Assembly: GCA_017642445.1 (NCBI GenBank)
Contig: JAGCPA010000060.1
Location: 11,797 to 75,796, forward strand
Reading direction: 5' to 3'
DNA from: Spirochaetia bacterium
Lineage (GTDB): Bacteria; Spirochaetota; Spirochaetia; CADAEX01
Length of the DNA stretch: 64,000 nucleotides
Part shown: piece by piece, positions 44,143-53,385 of the stretch
Layout of the letters: every line of letters starts with the position of its first letter
How positions within the stretch are numbered: the first letter of the stretch is position 1
Made by a program: the position numbers and the translations under genes
Notes under the pieces: model-generated
What the model was told of the DNA's origin: nothing
The model's database searches: none
Seen by the model: the letters and a program-made list of their open reading frames with translations, nothing else

Positions 44143-45315
44143 ATGAAACTGAAAGATGTCCAGATTAAGAAGACAATCAAGAAGACTATCCTTCTGAACC
44201 CAGGCCCATCAACAACAACAAAGACTGTTAAGGCTTCCCTGATTCAGGACGATATCTGCCACAGAGAGGGATCTTTCGCAGCAATCACAAGAAAAGTTGC
44301 AGAAGACCTTGTTAAGATCGTACACGGAAAGAAGAACGACTATGTCGCAACACTTTTCGCTGGTTCCGGTTCAATCTGTATCGACGTTGCAGTCGGATCT
44401 CTCATCCCAGACGGAAAGAAGATCATGATTGTAAACAACGGATTCTATAACGACAGAGCTATGCAGGCTGCACAGTACTACAGAATTCCAGTTGTAAACT
44501 GCGCATTCGACATCCTCACTCTTCCAGACCTCAAGGTTGTTGAGGAGACACTTGCAAAGAACAAGGACGATGTAGCTGCTGTCTACATGGCACATCAGGA
44601 GACTGGAACAGGCCTCTGCAACCCTATCAGAGAGGTTGGTGCAATTGCTCACAAATACGGAAAGATCTTCATCTCAGACACCACATCAACACTGGGAATC
44701 ATCCCGATCGATGTATACAAGGACAACATCGACTTCTGCATGGCATCCAGCCAGAAAGGTATCAACGCATTCACAGGATGCTCATTCCTCATCGGAAAAG
44801 TATCTGAGATTGAGAAGCTGAAGAACTACAAGCCAAGAAGCTACTACTGCAACCTCTGGAGACAGTATGAATACTTCAAGGAGCACGGCGAGATGAACTT
44901 CACACCTCCTGTACAGATCATCTACTCAATGCAGCAGGCTCTTAAGGAGCACTTCGCTGAGGGCGAGAAGGCTAAGTACAAGAGATTCATGGACATCTCA
45001 AAAATCATCAGAGACGAAGCTGCAAAGATGGGTCTTGTGGAACTCCTGGATCCAGCTATCACAACAGGTCTCGTAATCGCTATCAAGTATCCTGAGGACA
45101 AGAAGTTCAACTTCAAGAAAGTTCATGACTATCTGTTCAAAGAGGGAATCACAATCTATCCTGGAAAGATCGGAAACCTGCCTACATTCAGACTCTGCAA
45201 CCTCGGAGCTAACACACCGGCAGACGTTAAGGCTGCTATGAAAGAGCTCAAGGCTGCACTCAAGGCTTGCGGATGCAAGGTTCCTTTCCCAAAGAAGTGC
45301 GGTTGCTGCAAATAA
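44143..45315 (+). CDS. phnW: class V aminotransferase, 2-aminoethylphosphonate--pyruvate transaminase-like (PhnW family), with a Cys-rich C-terminal tail
   Basis: LLNPGPSTTTKTVKASL, MAHQETGTGLCNPIREVGAIAHKYGK, PLP-Lys region SSQKGINAFTGCSF; tail KACGCKVPFPKKCGCCK. Confidence 0.6.
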   Translation: MKLKDVQIKKTIKKTILLNPGPSTTTKTVKASLIQDDICHREGSFAAITRKVAEDLVKIVHGKKNDYVATLFAGSGSICIDVAVGSLIPDGKKIMIVNNGFYNDRAMQAAQYYRIPVVNCAFDILTLPDLKVVEETLAKNKDDVAAVYMAHQETGTGLCNPIREVGAIAHKYGKIFISDTTSTLGIIPIDVYKDNIDFCMASSQKGINAFTGCSFLIGKVSEIEKLKNYKPRSYYCNLWRQYEYFKEHGEMNFTPPVQIIYSMQQALKEHFAEGEKAKYKRFMDISKIIRDEAAKMGLVELLDPAITTGLVIAIKYPEDKKFNFKKVHDYLFKEGITIYPGKIGNLPTFRLCNLGANTPADVKAAMKELKAALKACGCKVPFPKKCGCCK

Positions 45316-45478
45316 TTGATTTTATTTGACAATCCCTGACGATTGGCAAGTGAAGATATTTTTTGATAATTTTTGGTTATCAATACCAAGTTTTTGATAA
45401 AAATATTTTCCTTGCCATTTTTTATATACATAGGTGATAATTATTATTGATATTTTTTAAATTCATTAGGGGGAAAAA

Positions 45479-46018
45479 ATGAAAAGAAGTTTATCATTGC
45501 TGGTAGCACTCATCCTTATCGTCGGACTGTTTGCTTCCTGTGGCACAACAGGCAAAGCTGCCGCAGCAGGCGGAGATGCAGCTGTTGACCAGAATGCGGC
45601 AACCGGTCTCTACTATACATGTAAGGACCTGGAAGGCAAAGTTCCAGAGGATAAGAAGAATGTAGAGCCTTGGACAAAGGGCGTTCAGATCTTCGCTATG
45701 GGCGAGCAGCTCTATCAGAAGGGAATGTACACAGAGTCCCTTCCAGCACTTGGACAGGCAAAGAAATTCTGGTCTGGCCTTGTTGACGAGAAGACAGCTC
45801 CTGTAGTTGCAAACGACGAGTACAATGCTAAGGGTCTCTATTACACAGGTCTTGATCTGAGAGAGAAAGTTCCAGAAGACAAGAAGTCAAAAGAGCCTTG
45901 GACAAAGGGTGTTCAGATCTTCGCTATGGGCGAGCAGCTCTATCAGAGAGGAATGTATTCCGACTCTATCCCTGCTCTCAAGCAGGCAGTTAAGTTCTGG
46001 TCAGGTCTTATTGAGTGA
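45479..46018 (+). CDS. lipoprotein with an internal tandem duplication
   Basis: Lipobox LFASC; two copies of about 64 aa each of GLYYT..KVPEDKK..EPWTKGVQIFAMGEQLYQ.GMY..S.PAL.QA.KFWSGL. Confidence 0.6.
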   Translation: MKRSLSLLVALILIVGLFASCGTTGKAAAAGGDAAVDQNAATGLYYTCKDLEGKVPEDKKNVEPWTKGVQIFAMGEQLYQKGMYTESLPALGQAKKFWSGLVDEKTAPVVANDEYNAKGLYYTGLDLREKVPEDKKSKEPWTKGVQIFAMGEQLYQRGMYSDSIPALKQAVKFWSGLIE

Positions 46019-46045
46019 TCAGTAATCCTAAATAATCAATGCTCA

Positions 46046-46076
46046 GAGGCAGACTTAACAAGTCTGCCTTTTTTAT
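46046..46076 (+). terminator. rho-independent terminator
   Basis: GGCAGACTTAACAAGTCTGCC followed by TTTTTTAT. Confidence 0.65.
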
Positions 46077-46099
46077 GCTATAAAGAAACTGGAGAGTAT

Positions 46100-46906
46100 A
46101 TGGAACCTACAAGCATAACAAATATCGACACAGCTTTCTGTAAGCGGCTTTCTATTTTCTTTGCAGATATAGATGATACTATAACCACCCATGGCAAGAT
46201 TCCGGCTACAACTTTTGACGCCATGTGGGAATTGAAAAAAAACGGCATAAAGTTTGTCCCTGTCACAGGCCGCCCGGCCGGATGGTGCGACATGATAGCC
46301 CGCCAGTGGCCGGTTGCCGGTGTTGTGGGCGAGAACGGTGCCTTCTACTATTCATACGATGATGTGAACCGCAAATTCATACGCCGCTATGTGGACTCGG
46401 ACGAGAAGCGGGCCGAATCGAGAAAGCGGCTCCAGCACCTGAGGGAGCGGGTGCTCAAGGAAGTGCCCGGCTGCGGAATAGCGTCGGACCAGGAGTTCCG
46501 CACTGCAGACCTGGCCATAGACTTCTGCGAGGATGTAAAGCGGCTGCCCCAGGACCAGATTGATAAAATATGCCAGATTGCGGCAGAGGAAGGGACTACC
46601 GCCAAAGTATCAAGCATCCATGTGAACTGCTGGTACGGCGACTACAACAAGGTCTCCTGCTTCAACACCTTTATAAACGACTTTACAGGCAAGACTCTGG
46701 AGGACCTGCAGGAGGAGATTATCTTCGCAGGAGACAGCCCAAACGACGAGCCTATGTTCAAGGCGCTGCACCACTCCATCGCAGTGGCCAACATAAAGAA
46801 TTTTTTAGACCAGATAAAATATAAGCCGCGGTACATAACCCAGAAGGAGTCGGGCGAAGGCTTCTGGGAGGCTGTGCAGCTTATCCTGAAGAAGAGGAAC
46901 AGCTGA
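46100..46906 (+). CDS. HAD-IIB (Cof-like) family hydrolase
   Basis: FADIDDTI motif I, VTGRP motif II, FAGDSPNDEPMF motif IV. Confidence 0.7.
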   Translation: MEPTSITNIDTAFCKRLSIFFADIDDTITTHGKIPATTFDAMWELKKNGIKFVPVTGRPAGWCDMIARQWPVAGVVGENGAFYYSYDDVNRKFIRRYVDSDEKRAESRKRLQHLRERVLKEVPGCGIASDQEFRTADLAIDFCEDVKRLPQDQIDKICQIAAEEGTTAKVSSIHVNCWYGDYNKVSCFNTFINDFTGKTLEDLQEEIIFAGDSPNDEPMFKALHHSIAVANIKNFLDQIKYKPRYITQKESGEGFWEAVQLILKKRNS

Positions 46907-46910
46907 AAGT

Positions 46911-47390
46911 ATGACACCAGGCGATCTTCTTATAACAGGACTTTTATCCATAGCGCCGATATCCGAGCTCAGGGGTGCGATTCCATTTGCCCTGGCCAAG
47001 GGGATGCCGGTGGTATGGGCCTATCTTTTCTGCGTGACCATGAACTTCCTGGCAAGCATTCTGGTGCTGATATTCCTGAACACATTCCACAAGCTGTTCT
47101 ACCATATCGGATTATATAGAAGATTCTTCGACTCTTTCATCGAGAAAGCAAGGAGAAAAGTGGGGGCAAACCTGGATAAATACGGCACCTGGGGGCTGAC
47201 AATATTTGTAGCCATTCCCCTGCCTGTCACCGGAGCCATAACCGGCACTTTCGGAGCATGGGTGCTTGGCATGAAGAAGCGGCAGATATTCCCCGCAATC
47301 CTGGCAGGTGTGGCAATTGCCGGCATAATTGTATCGGTCATCGCCTACTACGGAATCGAAGCTTTCTCTTTCTTTACAAAACAAGTGTGA
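46911..47390 (+). CDS. COG2426-type small membrane protein (putative small multidrug export protein)
   Basis: 159 aa, four TM segments, conserved PISELRGAIPFAL start. Confidence 0.6.
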   Translation: MTPGDLLITGLLSIAPISELRGAIPFALAKGMPVVWAYLFCVTMNFLASILVLIFLNTFHKLFYHIGLYRRFFDSFIEKARRKVGANLDKYGTWGLTIFVAIPLPVTGAITGTFGAWVLGMKKRQIFPAILAGVAIAGIIVSVIAYYGIEAFSFFTKQV

Positions 47391-47394
47391 CATC

Positions 47395-49359
47395 ATGATA
47401 GACCTGGAGCATAAACTCAATCCACAGCAGGCTCTCACCGCCCGGGAGACCGAAGGAGCTTTCCTGGTCATAGCAGGAGCCGGCAGCGGAAAGACAAGAA
47501 CCATCACCTACCGTATCGCAAATATGCTGGACTCCGGAATTCCGCAGTCTGCAATCCTTGCCCTTACATTCACAAACAAGGCGGCACGGGAGATGGCCGA
47601 CCGGGTTAAGGATCTGGTCGGGAGAAAGCTCCCTATGCTCACCATATCGACATTCCATGCATTCGGGGTCAAGGTGCTGCGGGAGAGCATAGCTCATCTG
47701 GGCTTCAAGGAGAACTTCAGCATCTACGACCAGACCGACAAGATGGCACTGATAAAGGAGACTGCAAGATCGCTCAAGATAGACCCTGCCGAACTGAATC
47801 TCTACGACCTGGCAAACCTATTCTCCGACATAAAGACAGGAAGGGAGCGATGGGATGCCGACACCAGCCTGTACCGCCCTATCTATGCTGAATACAACGA
47901 GCTTCTTAAGCTCTACAACGCTGTTGATTTCGACGATCTGATAGTGCTTCCGATAAAGCTTTTCAAAGAGAAACCCGAGGTGCTGGAGAAGTACAGGAAG
48001 CGGTACCGCTACATCATGGTGGACGAGTTCCAGGACACATCCAGAATCCAGTACGACCTTGTCTATCTGCTTGCCAAGGAGAGCCGCAACATATGTGTTG
48101 TCGGAGATGACGACCAGTCCATCTATTCCTGGCGCGGGGCCAACTACGAGAACATAGTGCAGTTCGAGAAAGATTTTCCCGAGGTCAAGGAGATAAAGCT
48201 TGAGCAGAACTACCGCTCCACAGGCACCATACTGGATGCGGCCAACAGCATAATTGCCCACAACACAAAGCGGAAGAAAAAGAACCTGTGGTCCAAGTCT
48301 GGAGAGGGCAACCCAATAGAGCTCAGCTACCCGGACAACGAGATCAAGGAGGCACAGTTCATTGCCGAGACTATTACTCTGCTGCGGATCCAGGAGGGGC
48401 TTCCATACGACAGCTTCGGCATACTTGTAAGGACAAACAGCCTGACCACAGCTATAGAAGATGCTCTTCTGATGGAGGGGATACCCTATGCAGTCTCAGG
48501 CGGCCAGAGCTTTTTCCAGCGCAAGGAGATAAAGGATATAATCGCATACCTCCGGGTAATAACCAATCCCGATGACGACATAAGTCTGCTCAGGATAATA
48601 AACACACCACGCCGCGGCATAGGCAAGAAAGCACTTGAGCAGATCACAGAACTTGGCAAGAAGGAGAAGTGCTCTGTATTCGAAGCGCTCAAGAAGCTGG
48701 ATAAATACGAAGACTTTGTGAATATGATAACTGCCTACAAGGGCAAATTCCTCTCAGGCAGGAATCTGGCTGCAACCCTAACCGCCCTGGTGGAGGAGAT
48801 CCGCTACTGGGACTATCTGGTGATGGAGTATCAGAAGAACGAGAAAGAGGCAAAGTGGAAATATAAGAATATACTCACATTCATAAGCCTGCTGGACCGG
48901 TGGGAACAGGAGAACGACGGAGAAGAGAGCATCTACTCCTACCTTAACAAGATAACCCTTATAACCAGAGATGATGACCAGGATGCAGAGGGAGGCAAAG
49001 TGGGGCTCATGACTATCCACGCCGCCAAGGGTCTTGAGTTCAAGGTTGTGTTCCTGGCCGGCTGCGAGGATGCTATTATTCCACACTCAAGGGCATTGGA
49101 AGAGAATCCTGCGAACATCGAGGAGGAGCGGCGGCTGTTCTATGTGGCAGTGACCAGGGCTATGGACAAGCTCTACATAACCAGCTGCAAGATGCGGCAT
49201 CATCTGAGGGAGAGTGTGACCTGCATCCCGTCCCGATTCCTGGAGGAGATACCTGCAGAGCTTATTCAGACAGAGAAAGAGGAAAAAGAGGAGAGCCCCG
49301 AAGAGGCACACAAGAGGATGATGGCTCAGTTTGAGAAGCTGAAAGCCAGGTGGAAGTAG
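47395..49359 (+). CDS. ATP-dependent DNA helicase, UvrD/PcrA/Rep family
   Basis: AGAGSGKTRT (motif I), VDEFQDTS (motif II), VGDDDQSIYSWRGA, QNYRST, TIHAAKGLEF; start at the ATG at 47395 just after the upstream stop. Confidence 0.85.
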   Translation: MIDLEHKLNPQQALTARETEGAFLVIAGAGSGKTRTITYRIANMLDSGIPQSAILALTFTNKAAREMADRVKDLVGRKLPMLTISTFHAFGVKVLRESIAHLGFKENFSIYDQTDKMALIKETARSLKIDPAELNLYDLANLFSDIKTGRERWDADTSLYRPIYAEYNELLKLYNAVDFDDLIVLPIKLFKEKPEVLEKYRKRYRYIMVDEFQDTSRIQYDLVYLLAKESRNICVVGDDDQSIYSWRGANYENIVQFEKDFPEVKEIKLEQNYRSTGTILDAANSIIAHNTKRKKKNLWSKSGEGNPIELSYPDNEIKEAQFIAETITLLRIQEGLPYDSFGILVRTNSLTTAIEDALLMEGIPYAVSGGQSFFQRKEIKDIIAYLRVITNPDDDISLLRIINTPRRGIGKKALEQITELGKKEKCSVFEALKKLDKYEDFVNMITAYKGKFLSGRNLAATLTALVEEIRYWDYLVMEYQKNEKEAKWKYKNILTFISLLDRWEQENDGEESIYSYLNKITLITRDDDQDAEGGKVGLMTIHAAKGLEFKVVFLAGCEDAIIPHSRALEENPANIEEERRLFYVAVTRAMDKLYITSCKMRHHLRESVTCIPSRFLEEIPAELIQTEKEEKEESPEEAHKRMMAQFEKLKARWK

Positions 49360-49360
49360 A

Positions 49361-49729
49361 TTATCCCTTTTTATATTCAGCCATCCGCTTTTTGATGGCG
49401 GCAAAGGATCTGTCGCTTATCACATGCTCAACCCGGCATGCATCCTCAAGGGCAGTTTTCTTGTCCACCCCCAGGGCAATAAGCATATCAGAGAGCACCA
49501 CATGACGCTCGTAAATCTTTTTGGCAACCTGGCTCCCCTTGCGGGTCAATGAGATAAACCCCTTCCCGTCCACAGAGATGTATTTCTCCTCCCTGAGGAT
49601 AGAGAGTGCCCGGCTTACAGAAGGCTTCGAGAAGCCCATATCCTCGGCAATATCAATTGCCCGGACTGTATCCTGTCTGCTTTTGAGGACAAGTATTGTC
49701 TCCAGATACATTTCGCCAGATTCCTGCAT
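49361..49729 (-). CDS. DtxR/MntR family metal-dependent transcriptional repressor
   Basis: 122 aa; N-terminal wHTH (YLETILVL...VRAIDIAEDMGFSKPSVSRAL) plus a dimerization domain; no SH3-like domain. Confidence 0.75.
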   Translation of the reverse strand: MQESGEMYLETILVLKSRQDTVRAIDIAEDMGFSKPSVSRALSILREEKYISVDGKGFISLTRKGSQVAKKIYERHVVLSDMLIALGVDKKTALEDACRVEHVISDRSFAAIKKRMAEYKKG

Positions 49730-49813
49730 ATTTATATTATACCACCGCTTTTATATAAAAACCAGTTTAAAAAAAATAAAAAATGTGTAAAAATGAAAGC
49801 ATAGGAGAAACAA

Positions 49814-50791
49814 ATGGCAAGAGAAAGTACAGAACAGCGCGGTCTTGGAAAAGAGTGGAGCGCAGAGAAATACATTGAGACATCGGTAAAAGAGATCAAG
49901 GCCCAGGTGGGCGACGGCAAGGTGCTCTTAGCCCTCTCCGGCGGAGTGGACAGCTCTGTTGTGGCAGCACTTTTGATTAAAGCTATCGGAAAGCAGCTTT
50001 ACTGTGTCCATGTGAACCACGGACTTCTGCGCAAGGGCGAGCCTGAGCAGGTGGTAGAGGTTTTCAAGAACCAGATGGATGCAAACCTGATCTATGTAGA
50101 TGCCTCCGAGCGGTTCCTTACTAAGCTTGCCGGCGTTTCCGACCCGGAGCAGAAGCGGAAGATCATTGGAAAAGAGTTCATAGATGTGTTTGCCGACGAG
50201 GCTGCAAAGCTGGACGGCATCAAGTTCCTGGCCCAGGGAACTATATATCCGGACATCACCGAGTCTGACAAGGGAGTAAAGGCTCACCATAACGTAGGCG
50301 GCCTGCCTAAGGAGCTCAACTTCGAGCTGGTTGAGCCTGTGAAAATGCTTTATAAGGACGAGGTGCGGGCTGTCGGAAAGGCACTCGGCCTGCCGGACAG
50401 CATGGTTTACCGCCAGCCGTTCCCTGGCCCAGGGCTTGGAGTGCGCTGCATCGGTGCCATAACCAGAGACAGGCTCGAGGCGGTGCGGGAGTCTGATGCA
50501 ATCTTAAGAGAAGAGTTTGCAAAGGGTGGACTTGCAGGAAAAGTATGGCAGTACTTCACAATTGTGCCTGATATAAAGTCTACAGGAATTATCGACGGAA
50601 AGCGCAGCTGGGACTGGCCTGTGATAATAAGGGCAGTCAACAGCACCGATGCAACAGCCGCAACTATAGAAGAGATTCCATATCCGCTGCTGCACCGTAT
50701 AACAGACAGAATTCTGTCTGAGGTCAAAGGAGTGAACAGAGTGCTCTACGACCTTTCACCGAAACCAATCTCCACCATCGAGTGGGAGTGA
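49814..50791 (+). CDS. guaA: GMP synthase ATP-pyrophosphatase subunit (GuaA C-terminal part only; no GATase domain)
   Basis: P-loop SGGVDSSV, dimerization C-terminus ending ...ISTIEWE; only about 15 aa precede the PP-ATPase domain. Confidence 0.8.
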   Translation: MARESTEQRGLGKEWSAEKYIETSVKEIKAQVGDGKVLLALSGGVDSSVVAALLIKAIGKQLYCVHVNHGLLRKGEPEQVVEVFKNQMDANLIYVDASERFLTKLAGVSDPEQKRKIIGKEFIDVFADEAAKLDGIKFLAQGTIYPDITESDKGVKAHHNVGGLPKELNFELVEPVKMLYKDEVRAVGKALGLPDSMVYRQPFPGPGLGVRCIGAITRDRLEAVRESDAILREEFAKGGLAGKVWQYFTIVPDIKSTGIIDGKRSWDWPVIIRAVNSTDATAATIEEIPYPLLHRITDRILSEVKGVNRVLYDLSPKPISTIEWE

Positions 50792-50798
50792 TTTTATA

Positions 50799-50885
50799 GG
50801 AAGCGTATCGAAGTGGTCATAACGGGCCTGACTCGAAATCAGGTAGCCCCTCTGGGGCTCGAGGGTTCGAATCCCTCCGCTTCCG
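50799..50885 (+). tRNA. tRNA-Ser (anticodon CGA)
   Basis: Hand fold: acceptor GGAAGCG/CGCTTCC; 3-bp D-stem; anticodon stem CCTGA/TCAGG with loop CTCGAAA; long variable arm TAGCCCCTCTGGGGCTC; T-arm GAGGG-TTCGAAT-CCCTC; begins 8 nt after the guaA stop. Confidence 0.85.
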
Positions 50886-51191
50886 TTATTTTATAGTAAA
50901 GATATCTGCAAAGCCTGTGATAGAGAAGACTTCCTTGATGTCCTCGCATACATTGCAGATCTCCATAGTTCCTTTCCTGCTGTTCATGGTCTTCTGAGCC
51001 ATAAGAAGCACACGGAGTCCTGCAGAGGAAACATAGGTAAGATCCTTAAGGTCGATGGAAAGTTCTGTAACCCCTTCCATATCGCCTTTTACAACTTCCT
51101 CCATCTGAGGTGCAGTAAGTGTATCAAGTCTTCCAGACAGAGCCAGTGTAAGTTTTGCACCCTCTTTATTTTTTGTAATTTCCATTTTCAT
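50886..51191 (-). CDS. STAS-domain anti-sigma-factor antagonist (SpoIIAA/RsbV-like)
   Basis: 101 aa; LSGRLDTLTAP...DLKDLTYVSSAGLRVLL with the conserved phosphorylatable Ser. Confidence 0.75.
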   Translation of the reverse strand: MKMEITKNKEGAKLTLALSGRLDTLTAPQMEEVVKGDMEGVTELSIDLKDLTYVSSAGLRVLLMAQKTMNSRKGTMEICNVCEDIKEVFSITGFADIFTIK

Positions 51192-51197
51192 CCTCCC

Positions 51198-52358
51198 TTA
51201 GAACATAAGTGTATCAACAGAATCAAGACGTGTCTCTATCTGATTCTTATAATGTGCAATAAGTTTTTTCCCTTCCTCGGTGTCAAATCCGTTCCTGCGG
51301 ATAAGACGGCGCATAAGGCGGGCATAGCCTATTATGGCAGATTTGTTCTCAACTGCCTTCAGCTTATCTGAATCTGTGGTGCCGAAGTAGAGCGGCAACA
51401 TCTTTTTCCAGATAGAAATTGTGGTGTCGTAATCGAACCCCTGGAATGCCACAGTAGCTGAGTGGTCGAAGTCGTAGAACCCAACAAATGCATTGTAGAT
51501 CGAGGCAAACTCAAAGAGCGGATTTCCCTGGCACAGGGTATCCATATCGATAAGCAGCACCTCTCCGTTCTGCATCATCACATTCTTTGTGTGGTAGTCG
51601 CCATGGATCATATGGTGGTCTACAGGAACTGCCTCCACCAGAGTATGAAGTTTCTCCCATTTTGCGCTGTCAAGGTAGTCCTTGAGGAAGTTGACCCAGC
51701 CTATTACTACAGCACGCTGGTCCGGCATATCCTCGGGCCTTACCTCGGTGGAGTGGATTTTCTTAAGAAGATCCACATAGAGCTCCACATACTTATCCAG
51801 GTTCTCGGGCTCCTCGGCAATAAGCTGAGAGAAGGACTTAGCGTTCAGAAGCTCAAAGACTGAGCCGTAGCTGTCCCCTACTTTGGCCACATCATAAGGG
51901 ATTGCAGTAGGAATACCCAGCACAAAAGCACGCCGCGCCAGCTCCCGCTCCCGGTGAATATCGGGCAGTGCGTCAGCCTTATAGTAGACCTTTACTATGG
52001 TGTCTTTATCCAGGCGGTAGACCTTGCCGTTGGCCCCCTGCCCTATCACTTCGCATCCTTCGACAGAAAGCTTGCGGTAACCCTTAGAAATAGGAATCAT
52101 CTCGGTAAAGCCTGTCATCTCGAAAATCTCATAGACTGCAGAAGATGCGTTGATGATCTTGAGCTCCGGAAACTGCTTCCTGAGCCGCAGAATAACACGG
52201 AGTCCAGCACTGGATATGTATTCAAGGTTCTCGGCATCAAGCGCCACAGAAGGTGTCTTGCAATCCTTCAGTTTTTCCAGGAGCTCCTCTTCCACAGGGG
52301 CTGCATTGCTGGAATCAATCCGGCCATTAAGCTGTAAATAGAAAATGTCGTCAGCCAA
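51198..52358 (-). CDS. STAS domain fused to an aminoglycoside-phosphotransferase/choline-kinase-like (APH-fold) kinase domain
   Basis: N-terminus NLEYISSAGLRVIL (STAS); C-terminus IHGDYHTKNVMMQNGEVLLIDMDTL (APH HGD and D-x-D motifs). Confidence 0.6.
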   Translation of the reverse strand: MADDIFYLQLNGRIDSSNAAPVEEELLEKLKDCKTPSVALDAENLEYISSAGLRVILRLRKQFPELKIINASSAVYEIFEMTGFTEMIPISKGYRKLSVEGCEVIGQGANGKVYRLDKDTIVKVYYKADALPDIHRERELARRAFVLGIPTAIPYDVAKVGDSYGSVFELLNAKSFSQLIAEEPENLDKYVELYVDLLKKIHSTEVRPEDMPDQRAVVIGWVNFLKDYLDSAKWEKLHTLVEAVPVDHHMIHGDYHTKNVMMQNGEVLLIDMDTLCQGNPLFEFASIYNAFVGFYDFDHSATVAFQGFDYDTTISIWKKMLPLYFGTTDSDKLKAVENKSAIIGYARLMRRLIRRNGFDTEEGKKLIAHYKNQIETRLDSVDTLMF

Positions 52359-52911
52359 AAACTTCCCCCATAAGAGTCATATATTCACGATAAGCAATTG
52401 TATCCTTAAGATCGGCCAGATACTCTGCTATTGTCCTGTAGTACCACTCCTGCTTTGCAGGATCCTTCTGGTGGAAACACGACCACATCTCTGCTTTACC
52501 ATACCGTCTGTAGGCACGGTACAGGGAACGCATGTTGGAAAGCTTATCTCCCATCCACATTATCTTAACTCCCATATCCTTGGTATGTTTGAGCATAAGA
52601 AGAGAGTCGTTCTTTCTGTCCATCCAGGTCTCAGATGCAGGCCGTGGATCAAGCCGGTCCTCGGAATCGCTCTGCACCAGGGCAGAGACACGGGGGCCGA
52701 AAAGCTCGCGGATAGTGGCAGGCTCAACGCCACAGTCCTCAATAACATCGTGGAGCACACCTGCCGCCATTATGTCCTGGTCGTCGGTTATGGTTGCTAT
52801 TATAGAGGCTACCTCGATAGGATGAAGGATATATGGAGTGTTAGTCCTCTTGCGCATCTGTCCCTCGTGAGCTTTTGTTGCAAAGAAAATAGCCTTAGTA
52901 AGCATATCCAT
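52351..52911 (-). CDS. HD-domain protein, RelA/SpoT-type (p)ppGpp hydrolase-like (small alarmone hydrolase)
   Basis: 186 aa; FATKAHEGQMRK...YILHPIEVASI...AGVLHDVIEDC matches the RSH hydrolase HD motif; no synthetase domain. Confidence 0.7.
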   Translation of the reverse strand: MDMLTKAIFFATKAHEGQMRKRTNTPYILHPIEVASIIATITDDQDIMAAGVLHDVIEDCGVEPATIRELFGPRVSALVQSDSEDRLDPRPASETWMDRKNDSLLMLKHTKDMGVKIMWMGDKLSNMRSLYRAYRRYGKAEMWSCFHQKDPAKQEWYYRTIAEYLADLKDTIAYREYMTLMGEVFG

Positions 52912-52917
52912 GGTGTA

Positions 52918-53337
52918 TTATTTCCTCTTGGAAATAGTAAGGATATTCTGATTATCCTTGTACTCGTAGACCATGCTGTCCATACTCTTCTTGACCATGT
53001 AGATGCCAAGTCCGCCTATCTTGCGCTCTTCTGCAGACTCTGTGATGTCAGGATCAGGCAGCTCCACCGGATTGAATGGAATACCCGAGTCGATAAGACG
53101 GATTACAATACTGTCACCGGATGTGTCAATACCTATCTTGACTGTCCCCTTGGTACCAGGATAAGCGTAATGAGCCACATTCACAAACAGCTCCTCAAGG
53201 GCAACTGCAAGGGTCACCATAAGCTTTGGATTAGCCTGTGCCTTGTCCAGTTCTTCCTCTAGGAACACTATAACTGCGGCAAGCTCGTTTATCTCTGCAG
53301 GAAAAATCTTCTCTGTCATATTTATATAGTATATCAA
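52918..53337 (-). CDS. anti-sigma regulatory factor Ser/Thr kinase (HATPase_c; RsbW/SpoIIAB-like)
   Basis: N-box-like ELFVNVAHYAY, G-box GGLGIYMV; start ambiguous (TTG at 53337 or ATG at 53319). Confidence 0.65.
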   Translation of the reverse strand: MIYYINMTEKIFPAEINELAAVIVFLEEELDKAQANPKLMVTLAVALEELFVNVAHYAYPGTKGTVKIGIDTSGDSIVIRLIDSGIPFNPVELPDPDITESAEERKIGGLGIYMVKKSMDSMVYEYKDNQNILTISKRK

Positions 53338-53385
53338 ATATGCTTTTTACTTGCAACAAATTGAATTAGTGAATATGTTTAAATT

